From the NCBI GenBank assembly GCA_964639665.1, contig CAZXEU010000121.1, positions 48,398 to 112,397 of the forward strand: 64,000 nucleotides of DNA, written 5' to 3'. The stretch is from an uncultured Rhodothermaceae bacterium (GTDB taxonomy: Bacteria; Bacteroidota; Rhodothermia; Rhodothermales; Bin80). A program made the position numbers and the translations under genes. Numbering within the stretch: the first letter of the stretch is position 1; each line of letters starts with the position of its first letter. Under the pieces are notes generated by a model. It was given only the letters and a program-made list of their open reading frames with translations, searched no databases and was not told where the DNA came from. Shown here piece after piece: positions 1 to 9,179 of the stretch.

Positions 1-220
1 AATCTTGGCCGCTCTCCGAGGCCGCGCCTGAATACGATCTTTCCGTCCGGCCTCCGCCCGCAACCGCCTGCATGCCGGCGCAAGCCCCTTGGGCCAGCTT
101 GCGCCGCGGCATCCAGTCGCCGAACAGCAGGACCCGGTGAGTATGCCGTCAGTCAGGGCATGGCCCCCTAACCCGTCTAAGGCGAACCCGGAGCCAGGTC
201 AAGGCCTCGGCAATGCCACC

Positions 221-1348
221 TCACATATCCACCGAATACACGACCAGCATCGGGGCCTCCCCTTCGCCCCCGGTATATCCATACGCCCGCCCGGATGCCA
301 GCCGGATGACGACAAGCGTGACGCTCTCCGGCAGCGTGGCTCGGCCTGCGACATCTCCGGACTCAGCCAGAACCAGCCATTCGGCGGTCGAATCCTCCCG
401 CTCCATGCTCTTGAGCCATACCTGCGCGCGGTCATCCACGGCTATTGCCCCGTAAGCCGGCTTGAAGCGGTGAATCGTGTCAAAGTCATCCGGCTGCACA
501 ATGGCGTCCCGTTCCGCGCGTGTTACCGGCACGGGATCATGATTCCGCTGGACGCGACCCAGAACCTTGCCTTGAAGCGATGTCACCAGGAGATCTATGG
601 TCTCGTTCCAGCCGGAATACAGCTTTCCGCTTCGGCTGTAGCGAAAGAAAGAACTGCGTCCAAACGGGACGGTACGGATCCCCGGACTACCGGGATTATC
701 CGAAAAGATCCGCAACTCAATTTGCGGCAAGCGTCGGGCCAACGGCCGCAGGAAAGTGCCATCCCGGCCCGTCTGGGCTACTACAGCATAGCGTTCCTGA
801 TCTGCATTAGATGTCGTGATACCGGGGGCGTATAGCGTGATCGGTCCTACGTCCGTTATTCCGATGACGCTAACGGGACTTCCCAGGGAATCGTGGCTCT
901 CAATGCGCAAGCTCTGATTAAAGCCCCAAGTCGCAGGATCGAAGATGGAAAGGGCCCGCCTTCTAAAGTCGTAGACATACACGGAGTCAGTGCTACCCAC
1001 GAATACATCGGAAATGGCCTGAAATTCCCCGGGACCTTCACCCGGACGACCGAACTGGCCTATCTGGTCACCGTCCGCAGAGAATACCCTGACATCCATG
1101 GACCTGCGGTCACCGACGAAGATTTGACCCGCTGAATTGACCGCCAGGCCGCCGATGCCTCCGAATAGGACGGTGTCTCCTGCGGCTTCATCACCTACTC
1201 GATACAGCTCGGATACGGCAATCTGCGAGGCTTCCTGCCAGGCCAGACCGCCGGCATGGCTGTCGCCGGAGGGTGTGGCGCATAGCAGGAATGGAATGAG
1301 AACGGCGGGAAGCCGCGTGCACTTGGCGCTGGACCTCGGGATGCGCAT
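221..1348 (-). CDS. Secreted 6-bladed beta-propeller (NHL-like repeat) protein
   Basis: The 394-aa ORF is trimmed to the internal ATG at 1348 (MRIPRSSAKCTRLPAVLIPFLLCATPSG looks like a signal peptide). It has repeated G-x-GPGEF / 'VYVYD' style propeller blades (GRPGEGPGEFQAISDVFVG). Confidence 0.6.
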   Translation of the reverse strand: MRIPRSSAKCTRLPAVLIPFLLCATPSGDSHAGGLAWQEASQIAVSELYRVGDEAAGDTVLFGGIGGLAVNSAGQIFVGDRRSMDVRVFSADGDQIGQFGRPGEGPGEFQAISDVFVGSTDSVYVYDFRRRALSIFDPATWGFNQSLRIESHDSLGSPVSVIGITDVGPITLYAPGITTSNADQERYAVVAQTGRDGTFLRPLARRLPQIELRIFSDNPGSPGIRTVPFGRSSFFRYSRSGKLYSGWNETIDLLVTSLQGKVLGRVQRNHDPVPVTRAERDAIVQPDDFDTIHRFKPAYGAIAVDDRAQVWLKSMEREDSTAEWLVLAESGDVAGRATLPESVTLVVIRLASGRAYGYTGGEGEAPMLVVYSVDM

Positions 1349-1585
1349 ATGGCTCGGACCTGACAGGGTTGGTGGTGCGGCGCGTTTGGGATTACATTCG
1401 GGCAACCATGATACAGCCGGCGGGACCCGGATACGTACCTGGCCGATCCGGTGCGCTTCCGCAAGCCCAGGAGTGTCGGGGAGCGTAGCCGTTTCATAAA
1501 TTCCGGTGCCTCGATGGCGGCGCCTCGCGCATTCCGGCGCGCGGCCCGGGTGCTTGCGAAAACGAAATCACGCGCGCTGCGGACC

Positions 1586-4500
1586 ATGTCCGAATTCTGC
1601 CACCTTCACTGCCACACATCCTATTCGCTGCTCGACGGTGCGGCCCGCATCGATGCGCTCGTCAGGCGCGCCGGCGAGCTGGAAATGAAAGCCATCGGCA
1701 TCAGTGACCACGGCAATCTGTTTGGCGTCCCCGAGTTTTTTACCACCGCAAGGAAAGCTGGCCTGCAGCCCGTTATAGGCTGCGAATTCTACCTCACGCC
1801 CGGCAGCCGGCTCGATCGGAAGGACCGCACGCGCTATCATCAGGTGCTTTGGGCCAAGGATGAATCCGGCTATCGCAACCTGGTTCAGCTTTCCTCGCTT
1901 TCATTCCAGGAGGGATTCTACTACAAGCCCCGCATCGACCGCGAGCTTCTCCGGAACCACGCAGACGGACTCGTAGCGACGACCTGCTGCCTGCAGGGCG
2001 AGGTGCCCCAGACGCTGCTTACTCGCGGAGAGGAGGCGGCCCGCACCGCATTTGAAGGCTATCTCGACCTGTTTGGCGAGGACTACTACATTGAGCTGCA
2101 GAACCACGGGATTGCGGACCAGCACAGGCTAAACGCCGTGCTGCTGAAGTGGGCGTCACAGTACGGCGTTAGGACCGTGGCTACCAATGACGTGCACTAC
2201 GTCTCCCGCGCCGACGCCCCGGCGCAGGATATCCTCCTTTGCCTGCAGACAGGGAAGGATCTGGACGATCCTGCCCGAATGCGCTTCGAAGGGGACCAGT
2301 TTTACCTGAAGAGCGCTGATGAAATGCGGCGCTCCATGGAAGATGTTGCGCCCGGTATCGCCGGCAAGGCACTGGCGACCACGGTCGAGATAGCGGACAA
2401 GTGCCGCTTCGAGCTCTCGATGGGGGGGCTTTTGATGCCGCACTTTGCGCTTCCGAGCGACTTCGAGGGTGACGCGGACGCCTACCTTCGCCACCTTGTC
2501 TACACAGGCGCGAGTAAGCGGTATGGGGAGATTTCTGAAGAGGTTACGGGCCGGCTAGACCACGAGCTTGGCATTATTTCCAAGATGGGATACGCCAGCT
2601 ACTTCCTGATCGTGCAGGACTTTACGCGGGCTGCAGGGGATCTGGGCGTAACCGTCGGGCCGGGAAGGGGCTCCGTAGCAGGAAGCGCGGCGGCCTTTTG
2701 CCTAGGCATCACCAACATTGATCCCCTGCAGTACAATCTGCTCTTCGAGCGCTTCCTCAACCCGGAGCGCGTCTCTATGCCCGACATCGATATCGACTTC
2801 GACGACCGGGGAAGGGCTGCGGTCATAGACTACGTCGTACGAAAGTACGGTCGCAACAGCGTCTGCCAGATCATTACGTACGGCACGATGGCTGCACGGA
2901 GTGTAATCCGCGACGTTGCGCGCGTATTGCGCATCCCGCTTGCCGAGGCGGACAGGATTGCCAAGCTGATCCCGGAGGGACCCGGCATGACGCTGGAAAA
3001 GGCCATGGATGAGGTGCCTGATTTCCGGGCCCTGCAGGACGATCCGCGCGATCAGATCCGACAGCTGCTCCAGTATGCCACGGTGCTGGAAGGCTCCGCC
3101 CGCCATACGGGTGTGCATGCTGCGGGCGTGATCATAGCGCCCGGCACGGTCAGCGATTACGTTCCTGTTGCCGTTACCAAGAGCAAGGGCGAACCGGTAC
3201 TCATCACGCAGTACGATGGGACGTGGGTGGAGAGATTCGGATTGCTCAAGATGGACTTCCTGGGCCTTTCCACCCTCACGGTCCTGAATGACGCCATCGC
3301 GCTGATCCGGGAGCACCGTGGCGAGAGTCTGGAACTGGAAGACATCCCGCTGGATGACGCCAGGACATTCGCGCTCTTCCAGCGCGGAGATACGCTGGGC
3401 ATATTCCAGTTCGAATCAGACGGCATGCGCGAGTGGCTGACGAAGCTTGTGCCCACGAGCATGGACGATCTCATCGCCATGAACGCGCTGTACAGGCCCG
3501 GTCCCATGGGCCTGATCCCGGTTTATATCGACCGCAAACACGGGCGGGAGGAGATCTCGTACTGGCATCCGATGCTAGAGCCGATCCTTCGCGAGACGTA
3601 CGGCATTCCCGTCTACCAGGAACAGGTCATGCAGATGGCCCAGGAAATGGCGGGCTACTCGCTGGGCGGCGCCGACCTCCTGCGCAGGGCCATGGGAAAG
3701 AAGAAGCAGGAGGAAATGGATCGCCAGCGAAGCATCTTTGTTCGCGGCGCGGCCCGAAGGAGCGTGGACGAAAGAACCGCCAACGAAGTCTTTGACGCGA
3801 TGGCCAAATTCGCCGGCTACGGCTTCAACAAGTGTCTGTCCGGGTGTACGCAGATCGTTCATGCCGACACGGGATCCAGGCTGAGCCTTGCATCGCTGTT
3901 TCGGCGCGGGTGCAGCGGCTTCATGGTTAGCGCCTTGGGCAATGACGGCAAGCTACATGCTCGAAGGGTAACGGACGTAGTGTGGAATGGCTACCGGAAA
4001 GTGTTTGAACTGGCGACGGCGTCCGGGCACCGCATTCGCGCCACCGCCACGCACCGGTTTCGTACGAGGCAGGGCTGGCGGCGGCTGGCCGAGATTGTCC
4101 CTGGAGAGCTCGTCGCTGCCGCCGATGAGGAACCGTTAGCAGCGCCCGGCAAAGCCGGCTCCGCAACTGCCGTGGCGAGCGCAGCGCAAACGCTGTGCTG
4201 GGATGCCGTGGTATCGATTCGTGACGCGGGACGCGCGGATACGTATGACCTGACCGTGGAAGGCGATCACAACTTCGTGGCCAACAATCTGATTGTACAC
4301 AACAGCCACAGCGCCGCCTATTCGCTCGTGGCGTACCATGCCGCCTACTTCAAGGCCAACTATCCGGCCGAATTCATGGCGGCCGCCATGACCAATATCA
4401 TGTCGGATACCAAGAAGCTGGCCGCGATGCTGGATGAAGCCCGAAAGCTGAAGCTTGAGATCCTGCCTCCGTCCGTCAACAGCAGTCGCGGTCCCTTCTC

Positions 4501-5524
4501 CGTCGACGACGGCAGGATTCGCTTCGGCATGTGCGCCGTAAAGGGCGTGGGGCAGGCAGCGGCCGAAGCCATCGTCGAGGCGCGCAAGACGCACGGCACC
4601 TCCCGGACGCTGTTTGGCTTCACACGCAACCTGGATCTGAAGACGGTTCCCAAAAGCGCCATGGAAGCTCTGGCTCGGGTCGGGGCACTGGATGACCTGA
4701 GCGGTCATCGCGCGGAGCTCGTGGCGGGCATTGGTTCCGCGAGAAAGTATGCCCTCAAGCAGCAGTCGGATGCGGCCATGGGCCAGAGTTCGCTCTTCGG
4801 CGACACCGGCCAGTTCGCGATGGAAGCGGAGCCACGGCTCAAAGCGCAGGAAGAGTGGCCGCGGTTAAGAAAGCTCACGGAAGAGCGTGAATTGATGGGC
4901 CTCTATATATCCGGCCATCCGCTTGATGCTTTTCGGCCGGAGGCCCGTGCATTCTCTACCGCGGCCTTCGCGGACACAGATCTGGAATTGGCCAGCGGAC
5001 CCAACGGGACCAGGCCCCTCCACTCCTTCTGCGCCATCATAACGGGCGTCCAGCGCAGAACCACGCGCAAGGGAGCTCCCATGGCGAGCGTTACGCTGGA
5101 AGACTACAGCGGACAGGCTGAAATGGTGTGCTTCTCGGCCGTCTTCGACAAGGTGCAGCAGTACCTGTCGGAAAACGAAGTCATTCTCGCACGCGGGGAG
5201 GTGGAAACAAGGGGCGGAAGCCTCAGGATTCTGGCGCGGGAAGTGACCCCCATGTGGAAAGTGCGCCGGGACATGGTTCAGAGCATAGTCGTGTGCATCA
5301 ACGCCCGCCGCGTGCAACTGCCCCAAATGGAGGCTTTTCGCAAGCTATGCGAAGACAATCGGGGCTCCTGCCGCCTGTATTTCGACGTCATTGATCCTGC
5401 GCGCCCGGACAGGCGGCAGCGCCTGCGAAGCCGCACATTTGTCGTGGAGCTGACATCGGAACTGATGGCCGGAGTGGCCAGTCTCTTCGGCGCCGACAAC
5501 ATTCACCTGGAAGCCAGGTCCTGA
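1586..5524 (+). CDS. dnaE: DNA polymerase III alpha subunit, carrying an in-frame mini-intein
   Basis: The PHP-domain start is MSEFCHLHCHTSYSLLDGA (ATG at 1586; the ORF's upstream extension is Arg-rich and unlikely). It carries PDIDIDF, GVHAAGVII, LLKMDFLGL and FQFES motifs, and the fingers motif FAGYGFNK...SHSAAYSLVAYHAAYFKANYP. Without the 157-aa insert it is about 1155 aa, a typical DnaE length. Confidence 0.95.
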   Translation: MSEFCHLHCHTSYSLLDGAARIDALVRRAGELEMKAIGISDHGNLFGVPEFFTTARKAGLQPVIGCEFYLTPGSRLDRKDRTRYHQVLWAKDESGYRNLVQLSSLSFQEGFYYKPRIDRELLRNHADGLVATTCCLQGEVPQTLLTRGEEAARTAFEGYLDLFGEDYYIELQNHGIADQHRLNAVLLKWASQYGVRTVATNDVHYVSRADAPAQDILLCLQTGKDLDDPARMRFEGDQFYLKSADEMRRSMEDVAPGIAGKALATTVEIADKCRFELSMGGLLMPHFALPSDFEGDADAYLRHLVYTGASKRYGEISEEVTGRLDHELGIISKMGYASYFLIVQDFTRAAGDLGVTVGPGRGSVAGSAAAFCLGITNIDPLQYNLLFERFLNPERVSMPDIDIDFDDRGRAAVIDYVVRKYGRNSVCQIITYGTMAARSVIRDVARVLRIPLAEADRIAKLIPEGPGMTLEKAMDEVPDFRALQDDPRDQIRQLLQYATVLEGSARHTGVHAAGVIIAPGTVSDYVPVAVTKSKGEPVLITQYDGTWVERFGLLKMDFLGLSTLTVLNDAIALIREHRGESLELEDIPLDDARTFALFQRGDTLGIFQFESDGMREWLTKLVPTSMDDLIAMNALYRPGPMGLIPVYIDRKHGREEISYWHPMLEPILRETYGIPVYQEQVMQMAQEMAGYSLGGADLLRRAMGKKKQEEMDRQRSIFVRGAARRSVDERTANEVFDAMAKFAGYGFNKCLSGCTQIVHADTGSRLSLASLFRRGCSGFMVSALGNDGKLHARRVTDVVWNGYRKVFELATASGHRIRATATHRFRTRQGWRRLAEIVPGELVAAADEEPLAAPGKAGSATAVASAAQTLCWDAVVSIRDAGRADTYDLTVEGDHNFVANNLIVHNSHSAAYSLVAYHAAYFKANYPAEFMAAAMTNIMSDTKKLAAMLDEARKLKLEILPPSVNSSRGPFSVDDGRIRFGMCAVKGVGQAAAEAIVEARKTHGTSRTLFGFTRNLDLKTVPKSAMEALARVGALDDLSGHRAELVAGIGSARKYALKQQSDAAMGQSSLFGDTGQFAMEAEPRLKAQEEWPRLRKLTEERELMGLYISGHPLDAFRPEARAFSTAAFADTDLELASGPNGTRPLHSFCAIITGVQRRTTRKGAPMASVTLEDYSGQAEMVCFSAVFDKVQQYLSENEVILARGEVETRGGSLRILAREVTPMWKVRRDMVQSIVVCINARRVQLPQMEAFRKLCEDNRGSCRLYFDVIDPARPDRRQRLRSRTFVVELTSELMAGVASLFGADNIHLEARS
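3833..4303 (+). mobile_element. Mini-intein (157 codons, no homing endonuclease domain) inside dnaE
   Basis: The DNA reads ggc ttc aac aag | tgt ctg tcc ... gta cac aac | agc cac agc. That is GFNK | CLSGCTQIVHADTG ... NNLIVHN | SHSAAY.
Block A starts at Cys1. Block B is GHRIRATATHRF (TxxH). Block F is TYDLTVEGDHNFVANN. Block G is VHN followed by Ser+1.
Removing it restores the conserved GFNKSHSAAY motif. Confidence 0.85.
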
Positions 5525-5540
5525 TCGACAGCGATGCTCC

Positions 5541-5969
5541 ATGGCGCGTGAAACAGTCCTGTTTGTATGTACGCACAACTCCTCGCGGTCCCAGATGGCG
5601 GAAGGGCTGCTGCGTGCCCGGCATGGGGAGCGGTATGTCGTCTATAGCGCGGGCACGCATCCTGGCGGCGTGAATCCGTTTGCCGTGACGGCCATGGCTG
5701 AGCTAGGGATTGACATAGCGGGACATCGATCGGATCAAGTCGACGCGTTTGCCGCCATGCCTATGGACTACGTGGTTACGGTTTGCGATTCGGCGAGGGA
5801 AAGCTGCCCCTACTTCGCCGCCCGGGTGCAAAACATCCATCACCGCTTCCGCGACCCTTCCGCCGTGCGCGGCAGCGACGAAGAGAGGCTCACCGCATTT
5901 CGCGAGATTCGCGACCAGATTGATGCATGGCTGGGCGAGACCTTCGGCCCGGGCAAGCGGGTTTCCTGA
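5541..5969 (+). CDS. arsC: Arsenate reductase, LMW-PTP / thioredoxin-coupled type
   Basis: It has the CX5R(S) P-loop VLFVCTHNSSRSQMAEG and a downstream Cys pair, VCDSARESCPYF, with the C-x7-C spacing seen in S. aureus-type ArsC. It is 142 aa. Confidence 0.85.
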   Translation: MARETVLFVCTHNSSRSQMAEGLLRARHGERYVVYSAGTHPGGVNPFAVTAMAELGIDIAGHRSDQVDAFAAMPMDYVVTVCDSARESCPYFAARVQNIHHRFRDPSAVRGSDEERLTAFREIRDQIDAWLGETFGPGKRVS

Positions 5970-5978
5970 CCGGCATCC

Positions 5979-6665
5979 ATGGCGGCGCGCATCGGCATAA
6001 CGACTTTGTTCGAATCGGAAGAATACAGGCTTGACCAGCGGTATGTGCGGGCGATAGAGGCTGTCGGCGGCCTGCCCGTGCTGCTGCCAGTCTTGCAAGA
6101 GTCCCGCGGCGTCGCGCAAATGCTGGACGGCCTGCTGATTCCGGGCGGCCCTGCCGTGACGCAGGGCCTTGTCGGCCTGCTTCCGGATGACCTGGAAGCC
6201 GCTCATCCCGGGCACACGGCATCCGCGGTCGCCATCCTGCAGGCTTTCGTGACCGCCGGAAAGCCCGTGCTTGGAATCTGCTACGGCATGCAACTGATGA
6301 GTGCAAATGCCGGGGGCACCATTTTCGGAGACGTGGAACGTGAATTACCGGGGGCTGCTGTCCACAGCCAGGTGCGCGGGGCTTCTTGCCATCCGGTGCA
6401 TGTACGCCGGGACTCGTGGCTTTACCGCATCCTGGGGAATGACAGGTTCTCGGTCAACACGCGCCACATTCAGGCAGTAGCGACACCCGGGGCGGGATTC
6501 GCAGTCTCCGCGACGGCGCCTGACGGCGTGGTGGAGGCCATCGAGAACGCGTCCGGGTCCATGATCGGCGTGCAGTTTCACCCGGAGCGCATGGAAGAGG
6601 TCATGCGCCCGCTCTTTGCACACCTGGTATCCACCGCGGTCAGGCATGGCGAACGGCGTGCATAG
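5979..6665 (+). CDS. Class I glutamine amidotransferase-like hydrolase (gamma-glutamyl-GABA hydrolase / peptidase C26 family)
   Basis: It has the nucleophile elbow GICYGMQLM and the His-Glu motif VQFHPE. It is 228 aa. Confidence 0.75.
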   Translation: MAARIGITTLFESEEYRLDQRYVRAIEAVGGLPVLLPVLQESRGVAQMLDGLLIPGGPAVTQGLVGLLPDDLEAAHPGHTASAVAILQAFVTAGKPVLGICYGMQLMSANAGGTIFGDVERELPGAAVHSQVRGASCHPVHVRRDSWLYRILGNDRFSVNTRHIQAVATPGAGFAVSATAPDGVVEAIENASGSMIGVQFHPERMEEVMRPLFAHLVSTAVRHGERRA

Positions 6666-7077
6666 TCTCTGGACAGAAATAAGAAGCATCGGGACCGGCG
6701 AGCGGGCAATCCGCTCCTTCGGCCTCCTGGTGGGCGGCGTGCTCCTCGTACTCGGAGTCCTGTTGCAGGAACATCGCGGGGCGAGCGTGCCCCTGATCGT
6801 CGCGGGCGCATTGCTACTGGTGCTCGGACCCGTCGCTCCGCGGCTATTGACGGCGCCGTACAGAGTCTGGATGGCACTCGCGCTGGTGCTGGGCTACGTC
6901 ATGACCCGGGTCTTGCTGGCGGCCGTTTATTTCCTGATCGTAACTCCCCTCGGCATCGCGATGCGACTCAGCGGACGTGACCCCATGCAGCGCAAGCGAA
7001 GCGCGGAGCGGACAACGTACTGGAGCCCGCGCGAAGGCGAGGATGATGCCCGCAAGAGACTGGAACGGCTTTACTGA
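6646..7077 (+). CDS. Small membrane protein, SxtJ-like
   Basis: Two long hydrophobic hairpins (LLVGGVLLVLGVLL, LIVAGALLLVLGPV, ALALVLGYVMTRVLLAAVYFLIVTPLG) are followed by RLSGRDPMQRK. This resembles the SxtJ family as I remember it. I chose the ATG at 6646; the start is uncertain. It overlaps the upstream gene's end by 20 nt. Confidence 0.45.
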   Translation: MANGVHSLWTEIRSIGTGERAIRSFGLLVGGVLLVLGVLLQEHRGASVPLIVAGALLLVLGPVAPRLLTAPYRVWMALALVLGYVMTRVLLAAVYFLIVTPLGIAMRLSGRDPMQRKRSAERTTYWSPREGEDDARKRLERLY

Positions 7078-9179
7078 GCAGCCTCTGCCATCAGCCGTTC
7101 TTGCAGTCCAGGCCCCGGCCCTCGCCTGTGCCGGTAGGCGCCGTCCGGGCCAAGCTCCCATGCGAGATGCTGCTCGGTCACGGCACCGGTCAGAAACCTC
7201 GAAAGGCGCCTTCCAAGCGCCCGGCACGACACGGGAACGGCTACCTCCACCCGCTCATCCAGGTGATAGCGGCGCCAGTCAGCGCTACCTATGAAGAGCT
7301 CAGGAGCATCTCCGGCTCCAAAGGAGAAGATCCGGAGGTTCTCGGTATAGCGACCCACAATGCTCACGACGCGAATGTTCTCGCTGTAGCCTGCCAGCCC
7401 CGGGCGCAAGCGGCAGGGACCGCGAACAACCAGGTCAATTCTGGCCCCCGCCGCGGCAGCGCGATACAGCTCCTGAATAATGGCGGCGTCGTCCAGTTCA
7501 TTCATGGCCGCCATGATGTGTCCTGCACGGGCCGCCTCCCGCCGGATCAGGTCGATAAATGCCCGGCGCATCCCGGCCGGTGCCACAAGGACCTTGCGGA
7601 AGTCCTGGACAGGGGCATATCCCGTCAGAAAATTGAATAGATCGGTGATATCTGCGCCGATGTCCGCATCCGCGGTCAGGATCCCAACATCCGAATGGGT
7701 AGAAGCCGATTCGGAGTTGTAGTTGCCGGTACCTATGTGGCAAAATGTCTCGGTGACATCATCTTCGCTGCGAACAACGAGCGTGACCTTGGCATGTGTC
7801 TTGAGTCTGGGCAGCCCGTATGTGACAGAGACGCCGGAATCCTCCAGGCGCCGCCCCCATGCGAGGTTCTGCTCTTCGTCATAGCGGGCTTTTGCCTCGA
7901 CGTGGACGGCAACCTGCTTTCCGGCCTGCGCAGCCCGCATCAGGGCCGCCAGGATCATGGAGTCCTCGGACGTGCGATACAGTGTCTGCTTGATGGCAAG
8001 CACGTACGGATCGTCGGCCGCCTCTTTCACGAATCGCAGTACGGATTCCTGGAAGCTCTCGTACGGATGGTGCAGCAGAATATCCTTGCTGCGAACGACA
8101 TCAAACAAGCTGCGATTACTCGAGAACGCGGGCGGCGCAGCCGCGACAAACGCGGGGCCGGCACACTCCGGCTCTGCCAGGCCTGCCAAGTCCTGCAAGT
8201 CTGACGGGTCCAGCAGCGCTGTCGCCTCGTAGATGTCGTCGGCATCTATGAGCAGGTGCTGCATCAGCAAACGGTGCACTTTCCTAGGCATGGACCGCTC
8301 CACCTCGAGACGCACTACCGGCGCGAAGCGGCGCCTTCGGAGGTGATCACTGACCATGGTCAGCAGATCATCTGCCTCCTCCTCATTGTGGCGCAAGTCT
8401 GCGTTGCGGGTAACCCGGAAGGCATAGGCACCGGTGATGTCCATGCCGCGAAACAGGTCATCCAGATTGTGCCTGACCGCCTCTTGCAGGGAAATAGCGC
8501 CCCCCGTCAGCTTGATCCAGCCACCATGCAGGCGGGGGACCTTGACCCGGGCAAAGTGCCGCGTCCCGCGCTTGGGATGGCGGACCGTGACGGCGAGAGA
8601 CCGGCTCAGGTTGGATATGAAAGGGAACGGATGGCCCGGATCTACCGCAAGAGGCGTGAGCGTCGGCAGGATGTGCTCCACAAATACGCGGCGCAGCTCG
8701 GCTGCCTGGGCGTCTGTCAGCGACCCGTAATTCCAGATAACATGTATGCCGGCCTGCCCAAGGGAGGGCCGAATGTCATCCTGCCACGTCGCACCCATGG
8801 CGTCGTAGAGCGGCACCGCAGCCTGGCGAACCAGACTCAGCTGCTCGCGCACCGTGTAGGCATCAGGGCCGATAGCCGTCACGCTGGACAGGAGTTGCCT
8901 CTTGAGTCCGCCGACGCGCTTGCTGAAGAATTCATCGAGGAAACCCGCCGTTTCCGATAGCGCGCGAAGCCGCTCATGCAAAGGAAGGCGCGTGTCCATC
9001 GCGCGGGCCAGCAGCCGCCACGCGTAGTCCATCCAGCTCAGCTCGCGATTGAAGTACAGGCGGGGGTCGTCCGGGGCGCATCCGGCCGGCACCTTGCGCG
9101 CAGCTGTTGCAACGGCAAGCCGCGGAGCCCCGTCCCATGCACCGACATGGTGCCGGTCGGCTGCCTTTGTCTTCTTCAT
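7071..9179 (-). CDS. ppk: Polyphosphate kinase 1
   Basis: YFNRELSWMDYAWRLL is a typical PPK1 N-terminus. It has two PLD-like halves (HAKVTLV..., GTGNYN) and is 702 aa. Its ATG overlaps the dnaG stop (ATGA at 9176-9179). Confidence 0.95.
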   Translation of the reverse strand: MKKTKAADRHHVGAWDGAPRLAVATAARKVPAGCAPDDPRLYFNRELSWMDYAWRLLARAMDTRLPLHERLRALSETAGFLDEFFSKRVGGLKRQLLSSVTAIGPDAYTVREQLSLVRQAAVPLYDAMGATWQDDIRPSLGQAGIHVIWNYGSLTDAQAAELRRVFVEHILPTLTPLAVDPGHPFPFISNLSRSLAVTVRHPKRGTRHFARVKVPRLHGGWIKLTGGAISLQEAVRHNLDDLFRGMDITGAYAFRVTRNADLRHNEEEADDLLTMVSDHLRRRRFAPVVRLEVERSMPRKVHRLLMQHLLIDADDIYEATALLDPSDLQDLAGLAEPECAGPAFVAAAPPAFSSNRSLFDVVRSKDILLHHPYESFQESVLRFVKEAADDPYVLAIKQTLYRTSEDSMILAALMRAAQAGKQVAVHVEAKARYDEEQNLAWGRRLEDSGVSVTYGLPRLKTHAKVTLVVRSEDDVTETFCHIGTGNYNSESASTHSDVGILTADADIGADITDLFNFLTGYAPVQDFRKVLVAPAGMRRAFIDLIRREAARAGHIMAAMNELDDAAIIQELYRAAAAGARIDLVVRGPCRLRPGLAGYSENIRVVSIVGRYTENLRIFSFGAGDAPELFIGSADWRRYHLDERVEVAVPVSCRALGRRLSRFLTGAVTEQHLAWELGPDGAYRHRRGPGPGLQERLMAEAAQ

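Noticed and set aside
89-835. A 248-aa plus-strand ORF at the left edge.
   Set aside because: It is antisense to the beta-propeller gene (221-1348) and has a low-complexity composition and no recognisable domain.
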